Origin: an uncultured Aquimarina sp.
GTDB lineage: Bacteria > Bacteroidota > Bacteroidia > Flavobacteriales > Flavobacteriaceae
Reading direction: 5' to 3'
Assembly (NCBI GenBank): GCA_947502885.1
Contig: CANNBP010000013.1
Coordinates: 89,049-153,048, forward strand
DNA length: 64,000 nucleotides
A program made the position numbers and the translations under genes. The notes beneath the pieces are model-generated. The model was not told the DNA's origin. It did no database searches and worked only from the letters and a program-made list of their open reading frames with translations. Below are positions 1 through 12,332 of this stretch, piece after piece. Every line of letters begins with the position of its first letter. Positions within the stretch are counted from its first letter, which is position 1.

Positions 1-119
1 CATATATGTCAAAGGATAATACATATAAAGTTATTTTACAAGATAAAGATAGTAATACAATAGTTGTATTTGCAAGCGCTAATGGCAAATTAATAAAGCC
101 AAACGACAATAAATCTTAA
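1..119 (+). CDS. 3' end of a small hypothetical protein (partial, truncated by window edge)
   Basis: Open frame ...YMSKDNTYKVILQDKDSNTIVVFASANGKLIKPNDNKS* ending at TAA 117-119, followed by a terminator. Confidence 0.6.
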   Translation, partial: YMSKDNTYKVILQDKDSNTIVVFASANGKLIKPNDNKS

Positions 120-180
120 ATCTAGGGGTAGAAAAGGATATCGTTTTGCAACCAAGGACGATATAAAGTTGTTTAGTGCT

Positions 181-216
181 AAAAAAGAGACTCAATCCCA
201 AGAGTCTCTTTTTTTA
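181..216 (+). terminator. Rho-independent terminator
   Basis: Inverted repeat AAAAAAGAGACTC-aatcccaa-GAGTCTCTTTTTTT. Confidence 0.8.
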
Positions 217-314
217 TGTGATAATCAAATCTTAAAACTTATAAATTTCATTGTATAATCACGGTTAAATCGTAATTTTATACATTAGCTTTTTTTGATC
301 ATAAATTATTAAAT

Positions 315-1667
315 ATGCCTAAGATACTTATTGTAGAAGACGATGTGGCTTTTTGTACAATGCTAAAAACTTTTTTAGAAAAAAAAGAGTATAAAGTTTC
401 TACCGCATTTTTGGGTAATGAGGCAATTCAGAAAATAAAACAAGAAACATTTGATGTTGTTCTGGCAGATGTAAGACTTCCTGATTGTGATGGGATTACG
501 GTTTTGGATGAAATATTAAAGCATAATGCAAATACTCAGGTTATTATTATGACCGGTTATGCCGAAATTAATATGGCCGTTAATGCTATAAAACAAGGAG
601 CCTTTGATTATATCTCTAAGCCTTTTAATCCGGATACAATACTTCAAACTATAGAAAAAGCACTTCGAGGTACTTCTTCAGTCAAAAGAGAAGATAAGAA
701 AAAACAAAATCAAACATCCGAAATATCAAATCATATTAATGTTTCTTTTGTTAGAGGAGTTAGTGATGCATCAAAAAAATTAAATGAATATGTCGCCTTA
801 GTTGCCCCTACTCGAATGTCTGTTTTGGTTGTTGGAGATAGTGGTACAGGTAAAGAATATGTAGCGAGTAGCATTCATAAAGCTAGTAAACGAGCCGATA
901 AGTCTTTTGTCGCTGTGGATTGTGGAGCTATACCAAAAGAAATTGCGTCAAGTGAGTTTTTTGGACACATCAAAGGATCTTTTACTGGGGCTGTTAATGA
1001 TAAAGTGGGACACTTTGAAGCCGCCAATGGAGGTACGTTGTTTTTGGATGAAATTGGAAACTTGAGTTATGAGTTACAAGTCCAGCTACTTAGAGCGCTT
1101 CAGGAAAGAAAAATAAAACCAGTTGGTAGTAATAAAGAAATAGAAGTAGATATTAGAGTAATAGTTGCTACTAATGAAGATTTAAGTCATGCTGTAAAGG
1201 AAGGTGATTTTAGAGAAGATTTGTATCACAGGCTTAATGAGTTTAGTATTAAAGTACCACCGCTTAAGGATAGGATAGAAGATCTTATGTTGTTTGCAAA
1301 TCATTTTCTAGAAGAATCAAATGCCGAATTAGAGAAAAATGTTGTTGGTTTTAAAGATGAAGTTTTGGATACTTTTAAAAAGTATACTTGGCCAGGTAAT
1401 CTTAGAGAGTTAAAAAACATAGTAAAACGATCGGTGCTTCTGTCTCAAAAAGAGATGATTACTTTGGATGTGTTGCCTAATGATATCGTTTATGCACAAA
1501 ATGATGCAAAACAAACGTATGGTTTGTTTAAAAATCAAAATGAACAAGAGTTGATTCTTGATGCCTTAGAAAAAGCTAATGGAAACAAGGCTAAGGCAGC
1601 TAGAATGTTATCTATAGACCGCAAAACACTTTATAATAAGCTTAAACAATACGATATTAGCCTTTAG
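315..1667 (+). CDS. NtrC-family (sigma-54-dependent) response regulator
   Basis: N-terminal receiver (ILIVEDD, LADVRLP), AAA+ domain with GDSGTGKE and GAFTGA-like GSFTGA, C-terminal Fis HTH (NKAKAARMLSIDRKTLYNKL). Confidence 0.95.
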   Translation: MPKILIVEDDVAFCTMLKTFLEKKEYKVSTAFLGNEAIQKIKQETFDVVLADVRLPDCDGITVLDEILKHNANTQVIIMTGYAEINMAVNAIKQGAFDYISKPFNPDTILQTIEKALRGTSSVKREDKKKQNQTSEISNHINVSFVRGVSDASKKLNEYVALVAPTRMSVLVVGDSGTGKEYVASSIHKASKRADKSFVAVDCGAIPKEIASSEFFGHIKGSFTGAVNDKVGHFEAANGGTLFLDEIGNLSYELQVQLLRALQERKIKPVGSNKEIEVDIRVIVATNEDLSHAVKEGDFREDLYHRLNEFSIKVPPLKDRIEDLMLFANHFLEESNAELEKNVVGFKDEVLDTFKKYTWPGNLRELKNIVKRSVLLSQKEMITLDVLPNDIVYAQNDAKQTYGLFKNQNEQELILDALEKANGNKAKAARMLSIDRKTLYNKLKQYDISL

Positions 1668-4093
1668 TTTTCAACTTTAAGTTTATGCATTAGTTCCTCA
1701 ATTTTTTTGATTCCTTCTGTTGTTAAATCCAGAGTGGCTTGTTTGTCAAGTTTGTACTGGTTGGGATGTTCAAGCTTTTCTAAAATCGGAACTACTTCTT
1801 TTGCTTTGATTTGCTTAAACATAGGAAGCATTCTATGTGCTATTTTTTTAATCTCCGTAATATCTTTTTTAGATGATGTAGTTTTTAATTCCTTAACGTT
1901 TTCAATTGTACTTTCGTAAAATGTATCCAGAATAGCATAAAGAGACTCTGAGTCGCCGTGAGCAAAAAGCATTAAATCGTTAAGTGAGTATAGTTCGTTG
2001 GTATAGGTATTGCTATATGAGGAGTTGTTGTAGTTAGACAAAGTACCTTGAAAAACTTGAGCAATTAGATTTATTAACTCCTTAGGAGCGTAAGGTTTTC
2101 GTAAACTTGCCGCAAAGCCTTCTTTTTTATAATCTTCGGCAGAGGTGTCTATTCTTCCTGATAAAGCTATAACAAGCAAATCTGGTTGATCAGTATTGTT
2201 TCTTATATGTTGTAAAAGAGCAAAACCATCCATTTTTGGCATTTGAATATCTGTAAGAACGAGATCATAGTTGTTTAGTTCTAACAAAGAGATTGCTTCT
2301 AAACCATTCTTGCAAATATCATAAGTTAATCCAGCAAGAGAAACTACTTCACTTGTTAATGCTAATTGACTTGTGTCGTCATCTACAATTAAAACTTTTT
2401 TGTTTCCAAAATTTTGTATTTCAGATGCTATCGGTTCTTCTTCTGGAATTAAAGAAGTAGATATTTTAATAGGAATATTAATGGTGAATTCGCTTCCTTT
2501 ATCCAGTTCGCTTTCAAGTTTAACTTTACCATTAAGTAGCTTAATGATCTTTTTTGTGATGGCGAGGCCTAGTCCAAAACCGCCGTATTTTTTTTCTGTA
2601 TTGTCATCACCTTGAGAAAATTCTTCAAAAATATATTGTTGTTGCTTCTTTGTTATGCCTATACCAGTATCTTTAACAGAAATAACCAATTGCTTTTCAC
2701 ATAAACCATTTTCAATAATTTCACTAGTGATAGTTATCGATCCTTGATTAGTGAACTTATATGCATTACTTAATAAATTAGTTAGTATTTGTTTAATTCT
2801 AAAAGGATCTCCTAAGTATTGTTTTTTTAGGGCATCATCAGTTTTGATACTAATGGTCAGGTTTTTTTTGTCATTTAAAGGGATAACACTAGAAACTGTA
2901 TTCTCAATTAACTTATCGGGAGAGAATGGTAGTTCTTCTATAATCATTCTTCCTGCTTCAAGTTTTGATAAATCTAATAGATCGTTTACCAAATGTAGAA
3001 TGTAATCTGATGATTTTTTAAGGTGGTCTAAGTAATGTGCTTGTTTTGTGCTTAATCCTGTTCTTTCTAATAAATCAGAGTACCCTATTACTGTGTTTAA
3101 AGGAGATCTAAGGTCATGTGTAACAGTGTTGATTATGGATTCTCTTGTTTTTAAGAGGGATTCTGTATAAGTTTTTTCTGTTTCAAGCTCATTTCGATAT
3201 TTTTGGCTTTTGGATACGTCTTTTGTGATTAGGAGAAGAAATATAATGGCAATTAACAGGCTAATACCGGCAATGATAAGAATGATATCAGAAGTGTTGT
3301 TGAGAACTAGGCTAGAGGCCTCTAAACGTGCATAATATTGCTTTCTTTCGTTACGATCGATAGAAGCAAGTAAGTCTCTTAATTGTTTTGTGATTATTTG
3401 GTCATTCTTAAGAAGATCATTCTCTTTTGATGATATCTCTCTTTTATATTTTTTGTCTTTTTGTGCTAGATCTGCCAGAACTCGTTTAACTGATTTTGCC
3501 AGAGAATCTACTGTTTGGTTTGTAAGCCGTTTTGCATTGTCCCTTCTAGACAGTTCTAACACGTTAATCAATGCCTTTTTAGTACGACGATCATATTTTT
3601 TAAATCGTATGTCGTAATCAGTATAACCATCAAAACTTTTGTTTACTTTCTTAAGTTCATCAATAGCAGTTTCATAAAGCCCTTTTTCTTTTCGTTGTTC
3701 ATATATTTCTATGAGTTCTGCAAGGTTTTCATTTTTACGATCAATAAGATGTTTAATGCTATCAATTTTTTTAGTTTGTAAAGTATCATTAGATATTTTA
3801 GAAACCTCATTAATAGTTTTAAGTATGGTATCTATTTTTGTTTTGTAAGTATTAAATTTTTCAACATCAGAAGTTTGTATGATGTTTCTGGTTAAGCTTT
3901 CTGCTTCATATAACCCCGTTATGGCTTCACCAACCAAAAAGAGTTTTTCATTGTTTTCACTTTTAATCTTAGTGATTTGGGTGTAATTGGTCAATTGTTG
4001 GTATATGACCCAAAAGGCAGTAACGGCTAATATACCTATAAGTAAGTAGCCCGCAATTATTTTATAAGTTACCGATCTTTTTGTGTTCTTCAT
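1664..4093 (-). CDS. Hybrid sensor histidine kinase (2 TM, HisKA, HATPase, receiver, HPt)
   Basis: H-box THDLRSPL, N-box ILTNLLSNAYKFT, G boxes DTGIGI/GFGLGL, receiver VLIVDDD...TDIQMP, C-terminal HPt-like AHRMLPMF. Confidence 0.95.
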   Translation of the reverse strand: MKNTKRSVTYKIIAGYLLIGILAVTAFWVIYQQLTNYTQITKIKSENNEKLFLVGEAITGLYEAESLTRNIIQTSDVEKFNTYKTKIDTILKTINEVSKISNDTLQTKKIDSIKHLIDRKNENLAELIEIYEQRKEKGLYETAIDELKKVNKSFDGYTDYDIRFKKYDRRTKKALINVLELSRRDNAKRLTNQTVDSLAKSVKRVLADLAQKDKKYKREISSKENDLLKNDQIITKQLRDLLASIDRNERKQYYARLEASSLVLNNTSDIILIIAGISLLIAIIFLLLITKDVSKSQKYRNELETEKTYTESLLKTRESIINTVTHDLRSPLNTVIGYSDLLERTGLSTKQAHYLDHLKKSSDYILHLVNDLLDLSKLEAGRMIIEELPFSPDKLIENTVSSVIPLNDKKNLTISIKTDDALKKQYLGDPFRIKQILTNLLSNAYKFTNQGSITITSEIIENGLCEKQLVISVKDTGIGITKKQQQYIFEEFSQGDDNTEKKYGGFGLGLAITKKIIKLLNGKVKLESELDKGSEFTINIPIKISTSLIPEEEPIASEIQNFGNKKVLIVDDDTSQLALTSEVVSLAGLTYDICKNGLEAISLLELNNYDLVLTDIQMPKMDGFALLQHIRNNTDQPDLLVIALSGRIDTSAEDYKKEGFAASLRKPYAPKELINLIAQVFQGTLSNYNNSSYSNTYTNELYSLNDLMLFAHGDSESLYAILDTFYESTIENVKELKTTSSKKDITEIKKIAHRMLPMFKQIKAKEVVPILEKLEHPNQYKLDKQATLDLTTEGIKKIEELMHKLKVEN

Positions 4094-4337
4094 GGGTTCA
4101 ATATCTATAGCTTTTAACTTAAAAAATCAAAACGCATTGTTATTAGGCTAAATAAAGTTACAATAAATCAATAAAACAAGCTGTTTTTTGCCTGTTTGTT
4201 CAATAGTATACTCGATTTGATAGTAATTAACCTAAAATGATAAGGTGATAGTTTTATAAAATAATATTTTAAAGTAAATATAAAACGGTTGGTCCTGTTA
4301 AATACTCATTTACAACTTCTTTTCCATATAATTTTAT

Positions 4338-4345
4338 TACTTTTG
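4338..4345 (+). promoter_or_regulatory. Bacteroidota -7 promoter box of the thi operon
   Basis: TACTTTTG matches TAnnTTTG and lies just upstream of the riboswitch. Confidence 0.7.
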
Positions 4346-4354
4346 CAGTGTAAA

Positions 4355-4436
4355 CTTTAGGGGTGTCCTTAACTTTGGTTAGGTCTGAGAAATACCCTTT
4401 GAACCTGATGCGGTTAATGCCGTCGAAGGGAAAAGT
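4355..4436 (+). promoter_or_regulatory. TPP riboswitch aptamer
   Basis: GGGGTGTCC...CTGAGAAATACCCTTTGAACCTGATGCGGTTAATGCCGTCGAAGGGAA carries the TPP hallmarks; it precedes thiamine biosynthesis genes. Confidence 0.95.
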
Positions 4437-4441
4437 AAAAT

Positions 4442-4470
4442 CACATATGTTTAATGTATGTGTTTTCTTC
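4442..4470 (+). terminator. Riboswitch expression-platform terminator
   Basis: CACATAT-gtttaat-GTATGTG followed by TTTTCTTCT immediately after the aptamer. Confidence 0.55.
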
Positions 4471-4520
4471 TCTGTACAGGTGAGTGCAACCCAAAGTTTC
4501 TGGTATTATATAGATATAAA

Positions 4521-4721
4521 ATGACCATAAACGTAAATAATCAACCTCAATCGGTTCCAGAACATAGTACTATTGAAAAAGTAGTAGAACAATTGGATAT
4601 TTCAGCTACAGGAATAGCAATAGCAATTAATAATGAGATAGTTTCTAAGAACAACTGGAATACTACAGTTTTAAAAGAAAAGGACCAAGTAGTTATTATT
4701 AAAGCTACTCAAGGAGGATAA
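4521..4721 (+). CDS. thiS: Sulfur carrier protein ThiS
   Basis: 66 aa from ATG 4521, ubiquitin-like size, C-terminal TQGG. Confidence 0.95.
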   Translation: MTINVNNQPQSVPEHSTIEKVVEQLDISATGIAIAINNEIVSKNNWNTTVLKEKDQVVIIKATQGG

Positions 4722-4767
4722 TAATAACCATTTTTAATAAGAAAACAACGGTCAAACCCTAAGCTAA

Positions 4768-6639
<1,872 letters not shown>

Positions 6640-6716
6640 ACTATAGTCAATAACTTTTTTTAGTAATTAGTCCTGATCATCCAAGTGAGGGACTAATTAC
6701 TATAATTTAAGAAACA

Positions 6717-7331
6717 ATGTTTATTCTACTTACATCAGAGAAAGAAATACAGAATGAGGCAAATCTGATAAATCAATTGTTTCAAAATGGCCTCGAAGTA
6801 TTACATCTTCGTAAACCAACTTTTGATAAAGAAAGGTATAGAAATTTGCTTACTCAGATAGATCAGAAGTATTACTCCAATATCATGTTACATCAGTTTC
6901 ATGAACTTTGTAGTGAGTTTGGTTTAAGAGGAGTTCATTTACAAGAGCAACCTCGAATTGATTTAAAAGAAAAGTTGTCTAGTTATGTTAATGAATATAG
7001 ATATATGGGGTATCAAGTGAGTAGTTCTTTTCATACTAAATCAGATATTAAAAATTGTATTGTTGATTTTGAATATGTCTTACTTAGTCCTGTTTTTAGC
7101 TCAATTTCTAAGGTTGGATATCAAGGAAAAGGTTTTGATGTAAATGACTTAAATGAGTTGGTAGTAGGAATGGGAGGAATTCAAGAGAATTCAATCAAAG
7201 CAGCTATTGATTTAGGATTTAGAGGCGTAGGGGTATTAGGAGGAGTATGGAATTCGAATAATCCAATCCAAAGTTTTAAGGATATTTATAATGCCTATCA
7301 AACAGTAAAAAGTAGCGCTAAATTTTTATGA
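6717..7331 (+). CDS. Thiamine phosphate synthase family protein (TenI/ThiE-like)
   Basis: LHLRKP, SSSFH, YVLLSPVFSSISK, GMGGI motifs; inside the thi operon. Confidence 0.85.
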   Translation: MFILLTSEKEIQNEANLINQLFQNGLEVLHLRKPTFDKERYRNLLTQIDQKYYSNIMLHQFHELCSEFGLRGVHLQEQPRIDLKEKLSSYVNEYRYMGYQVSSSFHTKSDIKNCIVDFEYVLLSPVFSSISKVGYQGKGFDVNDLNELVVGMGGIQENSIKAAIDLGFRGVGVLGGVWNSNNPIQSFKDIYNAYQTVKSSAKFL

Positions 7332-8107
7332 AAACTCGCCCTAATGTACTTACAATAGCAGGATTCGATCCTTCAGGAGGCGCAGGTCTTACTGCTGATA
7401 TTAAAGCAATAGAGAATTTAAAAGGATATGGGTTTGCTGTGCAAACAGCAAATACAATCCAGAATGACATAGAGTTTAAAACGTGTCATTGGGTGGATGT
7501 TGAGGTTGTCAAAAAGCAAGTAGAAATTTTGTTTGATAGATTTGTTATTGATTATGTGAAAATTGGAATAGTAGAAAACTGGAATGTTTTAAATGAGATT
7601 ATTGATCTTTTATTAGAAAAAAATAAAAATATTAAGGTTGTTTTGGACCCCGTGTTAAGATCAAGTTCGGATTTTTCATTTCATGATCTTTCTAATTCAA
7701 AAAATGATACTCAATTCAAAAAAATACATTCTTTGTTTGATGAAATTCTAACAAAAGTATACTTGGTAACACCTAACTATGTTGAAATAGGATTATTGTA
7801 TCCTGACAAAAATATTGAAGAAACGATTAGGCATATCTCTAGTAAAACAAACCTGCTTTTAAAAGGAGGTCATGATGAGGTTTCAATAGGAAAGGATAGG
7901 TTGTTTATGGTAACTGGAGAGCAATATGTTTTTAATTCGAAGGGCAGAAATTTATCAGAAAAACATGGGAGCGGTTGTGTTTTGTCATCTGCAATTACAA
8001 CATATCTTGCGCAGGATTTTAATCTATTAAAAGCGTGCTTTCGCGGAAAGAGATATATTGAAAAAGTGTTAGGATCTAATAAAAGTTTATTAGGATATCA
8101 TAAATGA
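7328..8107 (+). CDS. thiD: Hydroxymethylpyrimidine/phosphomethylpyrimidine kinase
   Basis: VLTIAGFDPSGGAGLTAD, VLDPV, VTPN, LKGGH, HGSGC. Confidence 0.95.
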   Translation: MKTRPNVLTIAGFDPSGGAGLTADIKAIENLKGYGFAVQTANTIQNDIEFKTCHWVDVEVVKKQVEILFDRFVIDYVKIGIVENWNVLNEIIDLLLEKNKNIKVVLDPVLRSSSDFSFHDLSNSKNDTQFKKIHSLFDEILTKVYLVTPNYVEIGLLYPDKNIEETIRHISSKTNLLLKGGHDEVSIGKDRLFMVTGEQYVFNSKGRNLSEKHGSGCVLSSAITTYLAQDFNLLKACFRGKRYIEKVLGSNKSLLGYHK

Positions 8108-8140
8108 GAATTGAGGATATAGGAAGTTAGAGTTGATAAA

Positions 8141-8827
8141 ATGAATCATGAGAGCATGTATAAAGTAGAAGATAAGATGTATCAGGAAAAATTAGAAGGG
8201 TTGCAGTACATTTCACAGGGTCAAACCCCTCAAGAACATCTTAAGAACATAGGTGAAGTTTGTGAGGCGGGATGTAGGTGGGTGCAATTGAGACTTAAAG
8301 ATGTGGATATTGCTACCTATTTAAATACGGCTATAAAATGCAGAGAGGTTTGTGATCAATATGGAGCGATAATGATTATTAATGATAATGTGAGTATTGC
8401 AAAAGCTTCTCAGGCTGATGGTGTGCACTTGGGATTAAGCGATATGAGTCCAGTTGAGGCTAGAAAAATTTTAGGTGGAAATTATATAATCGGAAGAACA
8501 GCTAATACCATTGAAGATTGTTTGCAACATATTAAAGATAACGTAGATTATATTGGACTAGGCCCTTTTAGATATACGGCCACAAAAATGAATCTTAGCC
8601 CAATATTGGGTGTAGAAGGGTATGAAAAAATAGTTTCTGATTTAAGGATTAAAAAAGCAAATATACCTGTTATTGCAATTGGAGGTATTGAAAAAGAAGA
8701 CATAGAAAATGTTTTTGAAGTAGGTGTTGATGGAGTTGCTGTTTCAGGAATGTTAACTAATCAGGTGGATTTAGAAGAGAAAATAGGATATATAAGAATG
8801 CTGATGAAAAAAGCAATTAATAAATAA
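8141..8827 (+). CDS. thiE: Thiamine phosphate synthase
   Basis: WVQLRLK, IIND, DGVHLG, DYIGLGP, AIGGI; the true start may be a downstream ATG. Confidence 0.92.
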   Translation: MNHESMYKVEDKMYQEKLEGLQYISQGQTPQEHLKNIGEVCEAGCRWVQLRLKDVDIATYLNTAIKCREVCDQYGAIMIINDNVSIAKASQADGVHLGLSDMSPVEARKILGGNYIIGRTANTIEDCLQHIKDNVDYIGLGPFRYTATKMNLSPILGVEGYEKIVSDLRIKKANIPVIAIGGIEKEDIENVFEVGVDGVAVSGMLTNQVDLEEKIGYIRMLMKKAINK

Positions 8828-8835
8828 GGATTAAC

Positions 8836-9603
8836 ATGGATAAACTAAAAATTGCAGATAAAGAGTTTTCATCACGTTTGTTTACAGGAACAGGTAAGTT
8901 TAGTTCCTCATCATTGATGAAAGAAGCATTAATTGCTTCGGAAAGTGAATTGGTTACTGTTGCGTTAAAACGTGTAGATGTTACTAGTGATGATGATGAT
9001 ATTTTGACACATCTTGATCATTCAAGAATTAATTTATTGCCAAATACTTCGGGAGTTAGAGATGCAAAAGAGGCTGTTTTTGCCGCGCAACTGGCAAGAG
9101 AAGCGTTAGAAACCAATTGGATCAAGTTAGAGATTCATCCTGATCCTAAGTATTTATTACCAGATCCAATAGAAACATTGAAAGCAGCAGAAGAACTGGT
9201 AAAGCTGGGCTTTGTAGTAATGCCATATATCCATGCAGATCCTGTTTTATGTAAAAGATTAGAAGAAGTAGGCGCACAATGTGTTATGCCTTTAGGAGCT
9301 CCAATTGGTAGTAATAAAGGGTTGAAAACATTAGAGTTTCTTGAGATCATAATTGACCAAAGTAATGTTCCGGTGGTTGTAGATGCAGGAATTGGTAGTC
9401 CGTCACATGCAGCACAGGCTATTGAGTTAGGTGCAGACGCAGTTTTAGTAAATACGGCTATAGCAGTTTCTCAACAACCTGTAGAGATGGCAAGAGCTTT
9501 TAAAATGGCTGTTGAAGCTGGTCGTATAGCATATAATGCCAAATTAGCACCTATTAAGAATCATGCTGAGGCAAGTAGTCCATTAACTAGTTTTCTTTCC
9601 TAA
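8836..9603 (+). CDS. thiG: Thiazole synthase
   Basis: [39 protein letters not shown]. Confidence 0.97.
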   Translation: MDKLKIADKEFSSRLFTGTGKFSSSSLMKEALIASESELVTVALKRVDVTSDDDDILTHLDHSRINLLPNTSGVRDAKEAVFAAQLAREALETNWIKLEIHPDPKYLLPDPIETLKAAEELVKLGFVVMPYIHADPVLCKRLEEVGAQCVMPLGAPIGSNKGLKTLEFLEIIIDQSNVPVVVDAGIGSPSHAAQAIELGADAVLVNTAIAVSQQPVEMARAFKMAVEAGRIAYNAKLAPIKNHAEASSPLTSFLS

Positions 9604-9678
9604 AAGGGTTAGATAAAACAATAACTGTTACTATGCAATATTTTAGTAGTTGCAGTTTGGTGATTAAAAGTTGTAAAA

Positions 9679-10791
9679 ATGTATACCTTTAAAAACATAT
9701 TTGATCAATATGATTGGGATGAAACCTTATCGAGTATTTTATCAAAAACCGATGATGACGTTGTGCGTGCTTTGCAGGCGTCAAAGCGAAGTATAGAGGA
9801 CTTTAAAGCATTGGTATCTCCCGCGGCTAAGCCATACTTAGAAACAATGGCTCAAATGAGTAGTAGTATTACTAAAAAACGTTTTGGAAATACAATACAA
9901 ATGTATGCTCCAATGTACTTAAGTAATGAGTGTCAAAATATTTGTACGTATTGTGGGTTTAGTATGACAAACAAAATCCCAAGAAGAACATTGACTGATA
10001 ATGAAATTATTAAGGAGGTTGATTTTCTTAAATCTAAGGGGTATGATCACATTCTTTTGGTTACCGGAGAGGCTAATAGAACAGTTGGAGTTGATTATAT
10101 TAATAATGCGATTCAACTTATACAATCAAAATTTGCCAATATTACCATAGAAGTACAACCACTTGATCAACCAGATTATGAAAAATTGATTGATAGTGGC
10201 TTATATGCAGTTTTGGTATATCAAGAAACCTATCACAAAGAGGAGTATAAAAAGCATCACCCAAAAGGGAAAAAATCTAACTTTGAATATAGATTGGAGA
10301 CACCAGATCGATTAGGTAGAGCTGGAATTCATAAGATAGGATTAGGTGCCTTGTTTGGGTTAGAGGATTGGAGAGCTGATAGTTTTTTTACAGCATTGCA
10401 TTTGCAGTATTTGCAAAAAACGTATTGGAAAACCAAATATTCTATTTCATTTCCTAGATTACGTCCGCATTCTGGTGGATTAGATCCTAAAGTCGAGATG
10501 ACAGATGCCGATTTAGTGCAATTAATATGTGCATTTAGATTGTTTGACGAGGATGTGGAGCTGTCTATGTCTACAAGAGAAAGTGAAGTATTTAGAGAGC
10601 ATATTGTTAATTTAGGAATTACCTCTATTAGTGCAGAATCAAAGACGAATCCTGGCGGATATGTTGTAGAACCTCAATCTCTTGAGCAGTTTGAGATATC
10701 TGACGAACGCCCAACTGAAGAAGTTGTAAAAATGTTAAAATCAAAGGGGTTAGAAGTTGTGTGGAAAGATTGGGCATATAACTGGCAGTAA
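9679..10791 (+). CDS. thiH: 2-iminoacetate synthase (radical SAM)
   Basis: YAPMYLSNECQNICTYCGF radical SAM motif, YQETY, SFPRLRP. Confidence 0.95.
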   Translation: MYTFKNIFDQYDWDETLSSILSKTDDDVVRALQASKRSIEDFKALVSPAAKPYLETMAQMSSSITKKRFGNTIQMYAPMYLSNECQNICTYCGFSMTNKIPRRTLTDNEIIKEVDFLKSKGYDHILLVTGEANRTVGVDYINNAIQLIQSKFANITIEVQPLDQPDYEKLIDSGLYAVLVYQETYHKEEYKKHHPKGKKSNFEYRLETPDRLGRAGIHKIGLGALFGLEDWRADSFFTALHLQYLQKTYWKTKYSISFPRLRPHSGGLDPKVEMTDADLVQLICAFRLFDEDVELSMSTRESEVFREHIVNLGITSISAESKTNPGGYVVEPQSLEQFEISDERPTEEVVKMLKSKGLEVVWKDWAYNWQ

Positions 10792-10873
10792 AAACTTCTC
10801 TCGCTTCATGTTTGAATTTATTTAAGATATATATGCCTTATTTGTTTACTTTTGGTGCTCTAGACGTTTTAAA

Positions 10874-11884
10874 ATGATATTAGTAACAGGAGCAACAGGA
10901 TTGGTAGGAACACATCTTTTGGTTAGTCTTATAAAAGAAAAATCGAAAGTAAGGGCGCTTTATCGGACTGAGACTAAGAAAGAACAAGCAAAAAGAGTAT
11001 TTACGTCTTATTTTTTGGAAGATGGAAAAGATGTATTTGAATCCATTGATTGGGTGAAAGCAGATCTTAATGATATTCCTGCAATGACCGAAGCCTTTGA
11101 GAGTGTAACTCATGTTTATCACTGTGCGGCAAAAATTAGTTTTAACCCAGCTAAATATATGGAGTTGAGAAAGACTAATATAGAAGGTACGGCAACGGTT
11201 GTGAATTTGTGTTTAGTGAATAAGGTAGAGAAACTCTGTTATGTAAGTTCAATTGCCACCTTAGGAGAGAGCTTATCTGATGCTTATATTGATGAAAATA
11301 CAGAATGGAACCCAGAGGTGCCTAATTCTGTATATGCAATTACTAAATATGGTGCAGAAATGGAAGTTTGGAGAGGTGTTCACGAGGGGCTAAAAGCGGT
11401 TATTGTAAATCCAGGGATTATTATTGGACCAGGCTTTTTTGATGGTGGAAGCGGTGTTTTATTTAAAAGGATTTATAATGGGATGAATTTTTATACCACA
11501 GGAACTACTGGATATGTAGATATTCAGGATGTGGTATCTATTATGAGCCGATTAATGCAAGGTAATTGTCAAAACGAAAGATTTGTTCTTGTTGGTGAAA
11601 ATCTAAGCTTTAAAAAAGCATTTGGTATGATGGCAACTGCATTAAATAAACCATTGCCTGTAAAAAAGGCAACACCGTTTTTAATGAAAATGGCTTATTA
11701 TACACAACGTATAGGTGCTATTCTATTTCGAACAAAACAATCTATTAATAAATCATCGATACGCTCTGCATTTTTAAAGAGGCACTATGAGAATAGCAAA
11801 ATCAAAAAAGAATTGATTTATAGTTTTAAGCCTATTGAAAAAAGTATTGAAGAAACTGCTAATTACTTTTTGGAACAGATTTAA
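10874..11884 (+). CDS. NAD-dependent epimerase/dehydratase family protein
   Basis: LVTGATGLVG Rossmann motif, HCAA, YAITK (YxxxK). Confidence 0.9.
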   Translation: MILVTGATGLVGTHLLVSLIKEKSKVRALYRTETKKEQAKRVFTSYFLEDGKDVFESIDWVKADLNDIPAMTEAFESVTHVYHCAAKISFNPAKYMELRKTNIEGTATVVNLCLVNKVEKLCYVSSIATLGESLSDAYIDENTEWNPEVPNSVYAITKYGAEMEVWRGVHEGLKAVIVNPGIIIGPGFFDGGSGVLFKRIYNGMNFYTTGTTGYVDIQDVVSIMSRLMQGNCQNERFVLVGENLSFKKAFGMMATALNKPLPVKKATPFLMKMAYYTQRIGAILFRTKQSINKSSIRSAFLKRHYENSKIKKELIYSFKPIEKSIEETANYFLEQI

Positions 11885-12332
11885 TATTTATTTCTTCTTC
11901 TTCTTTATTACTTTGAGGAGACTTTCCCTGTTCAAGTCTTTTGTTAATTCTGATAGAGTCTTGAATAGCTTTTAACGAGTCTTCTTTTTTCTGCAATTCT
12001 TTATGTCTGGTCGTTTCTTTTTCAATATTAGCCTTGACTCGAGTGACTATGTCTTTATATTTTTCAAATTTACTCGAATACCAAGCATTGTTTTGAGCAA
12101 AAGTAGCACTGTCAATATTATATTTCTTTAAGATAATAGATTCTGGGTTGATGCTGTTTTCTTCAAAAACTTTTCTATTCGAACTTTTTGCAGCATTAAT
12201 AAAAGCCATGTCGCTCAAAATTTCAACCATGCGATCTTCTGTGAGTATATTTTTAGGGGTAATTGGCTTGTCTAGACTTTGGCAGCAAATACACGTTAAA
12301 AAAAGAAAGCAATATATTAGGATTTTATTCAT
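11859..12332 (-). CDS. DUF4296-like lipoprotein
   Basis: Signal peptide with Cys, MVEIL.DM...A, YNIDS.TF.QNNAWY pattern; upstream neighbour pyrC is typical. Confidence 0.75.
   Translation of the reverse strand: MNKILIYCFLFLTCICCQSLDKPITPKNILTEDRMVEILSDMAFINAAKSSNRKVFEENSINPESIILKKYNIDSATFAQNNAWYSSKFEKYKDIVTRVKANIEKETTRHKELQKKEDSLKAIQDSIRINKRLEQGKSPQSNKEEEEINIKSVPKSN

Noticed and set aside
4458-4520. N-terminal extension of thiS given by the ORF track
   Set aside because: It overlaps the riboswitch expression platform; ThiS-sized protein begins at ATG 4521
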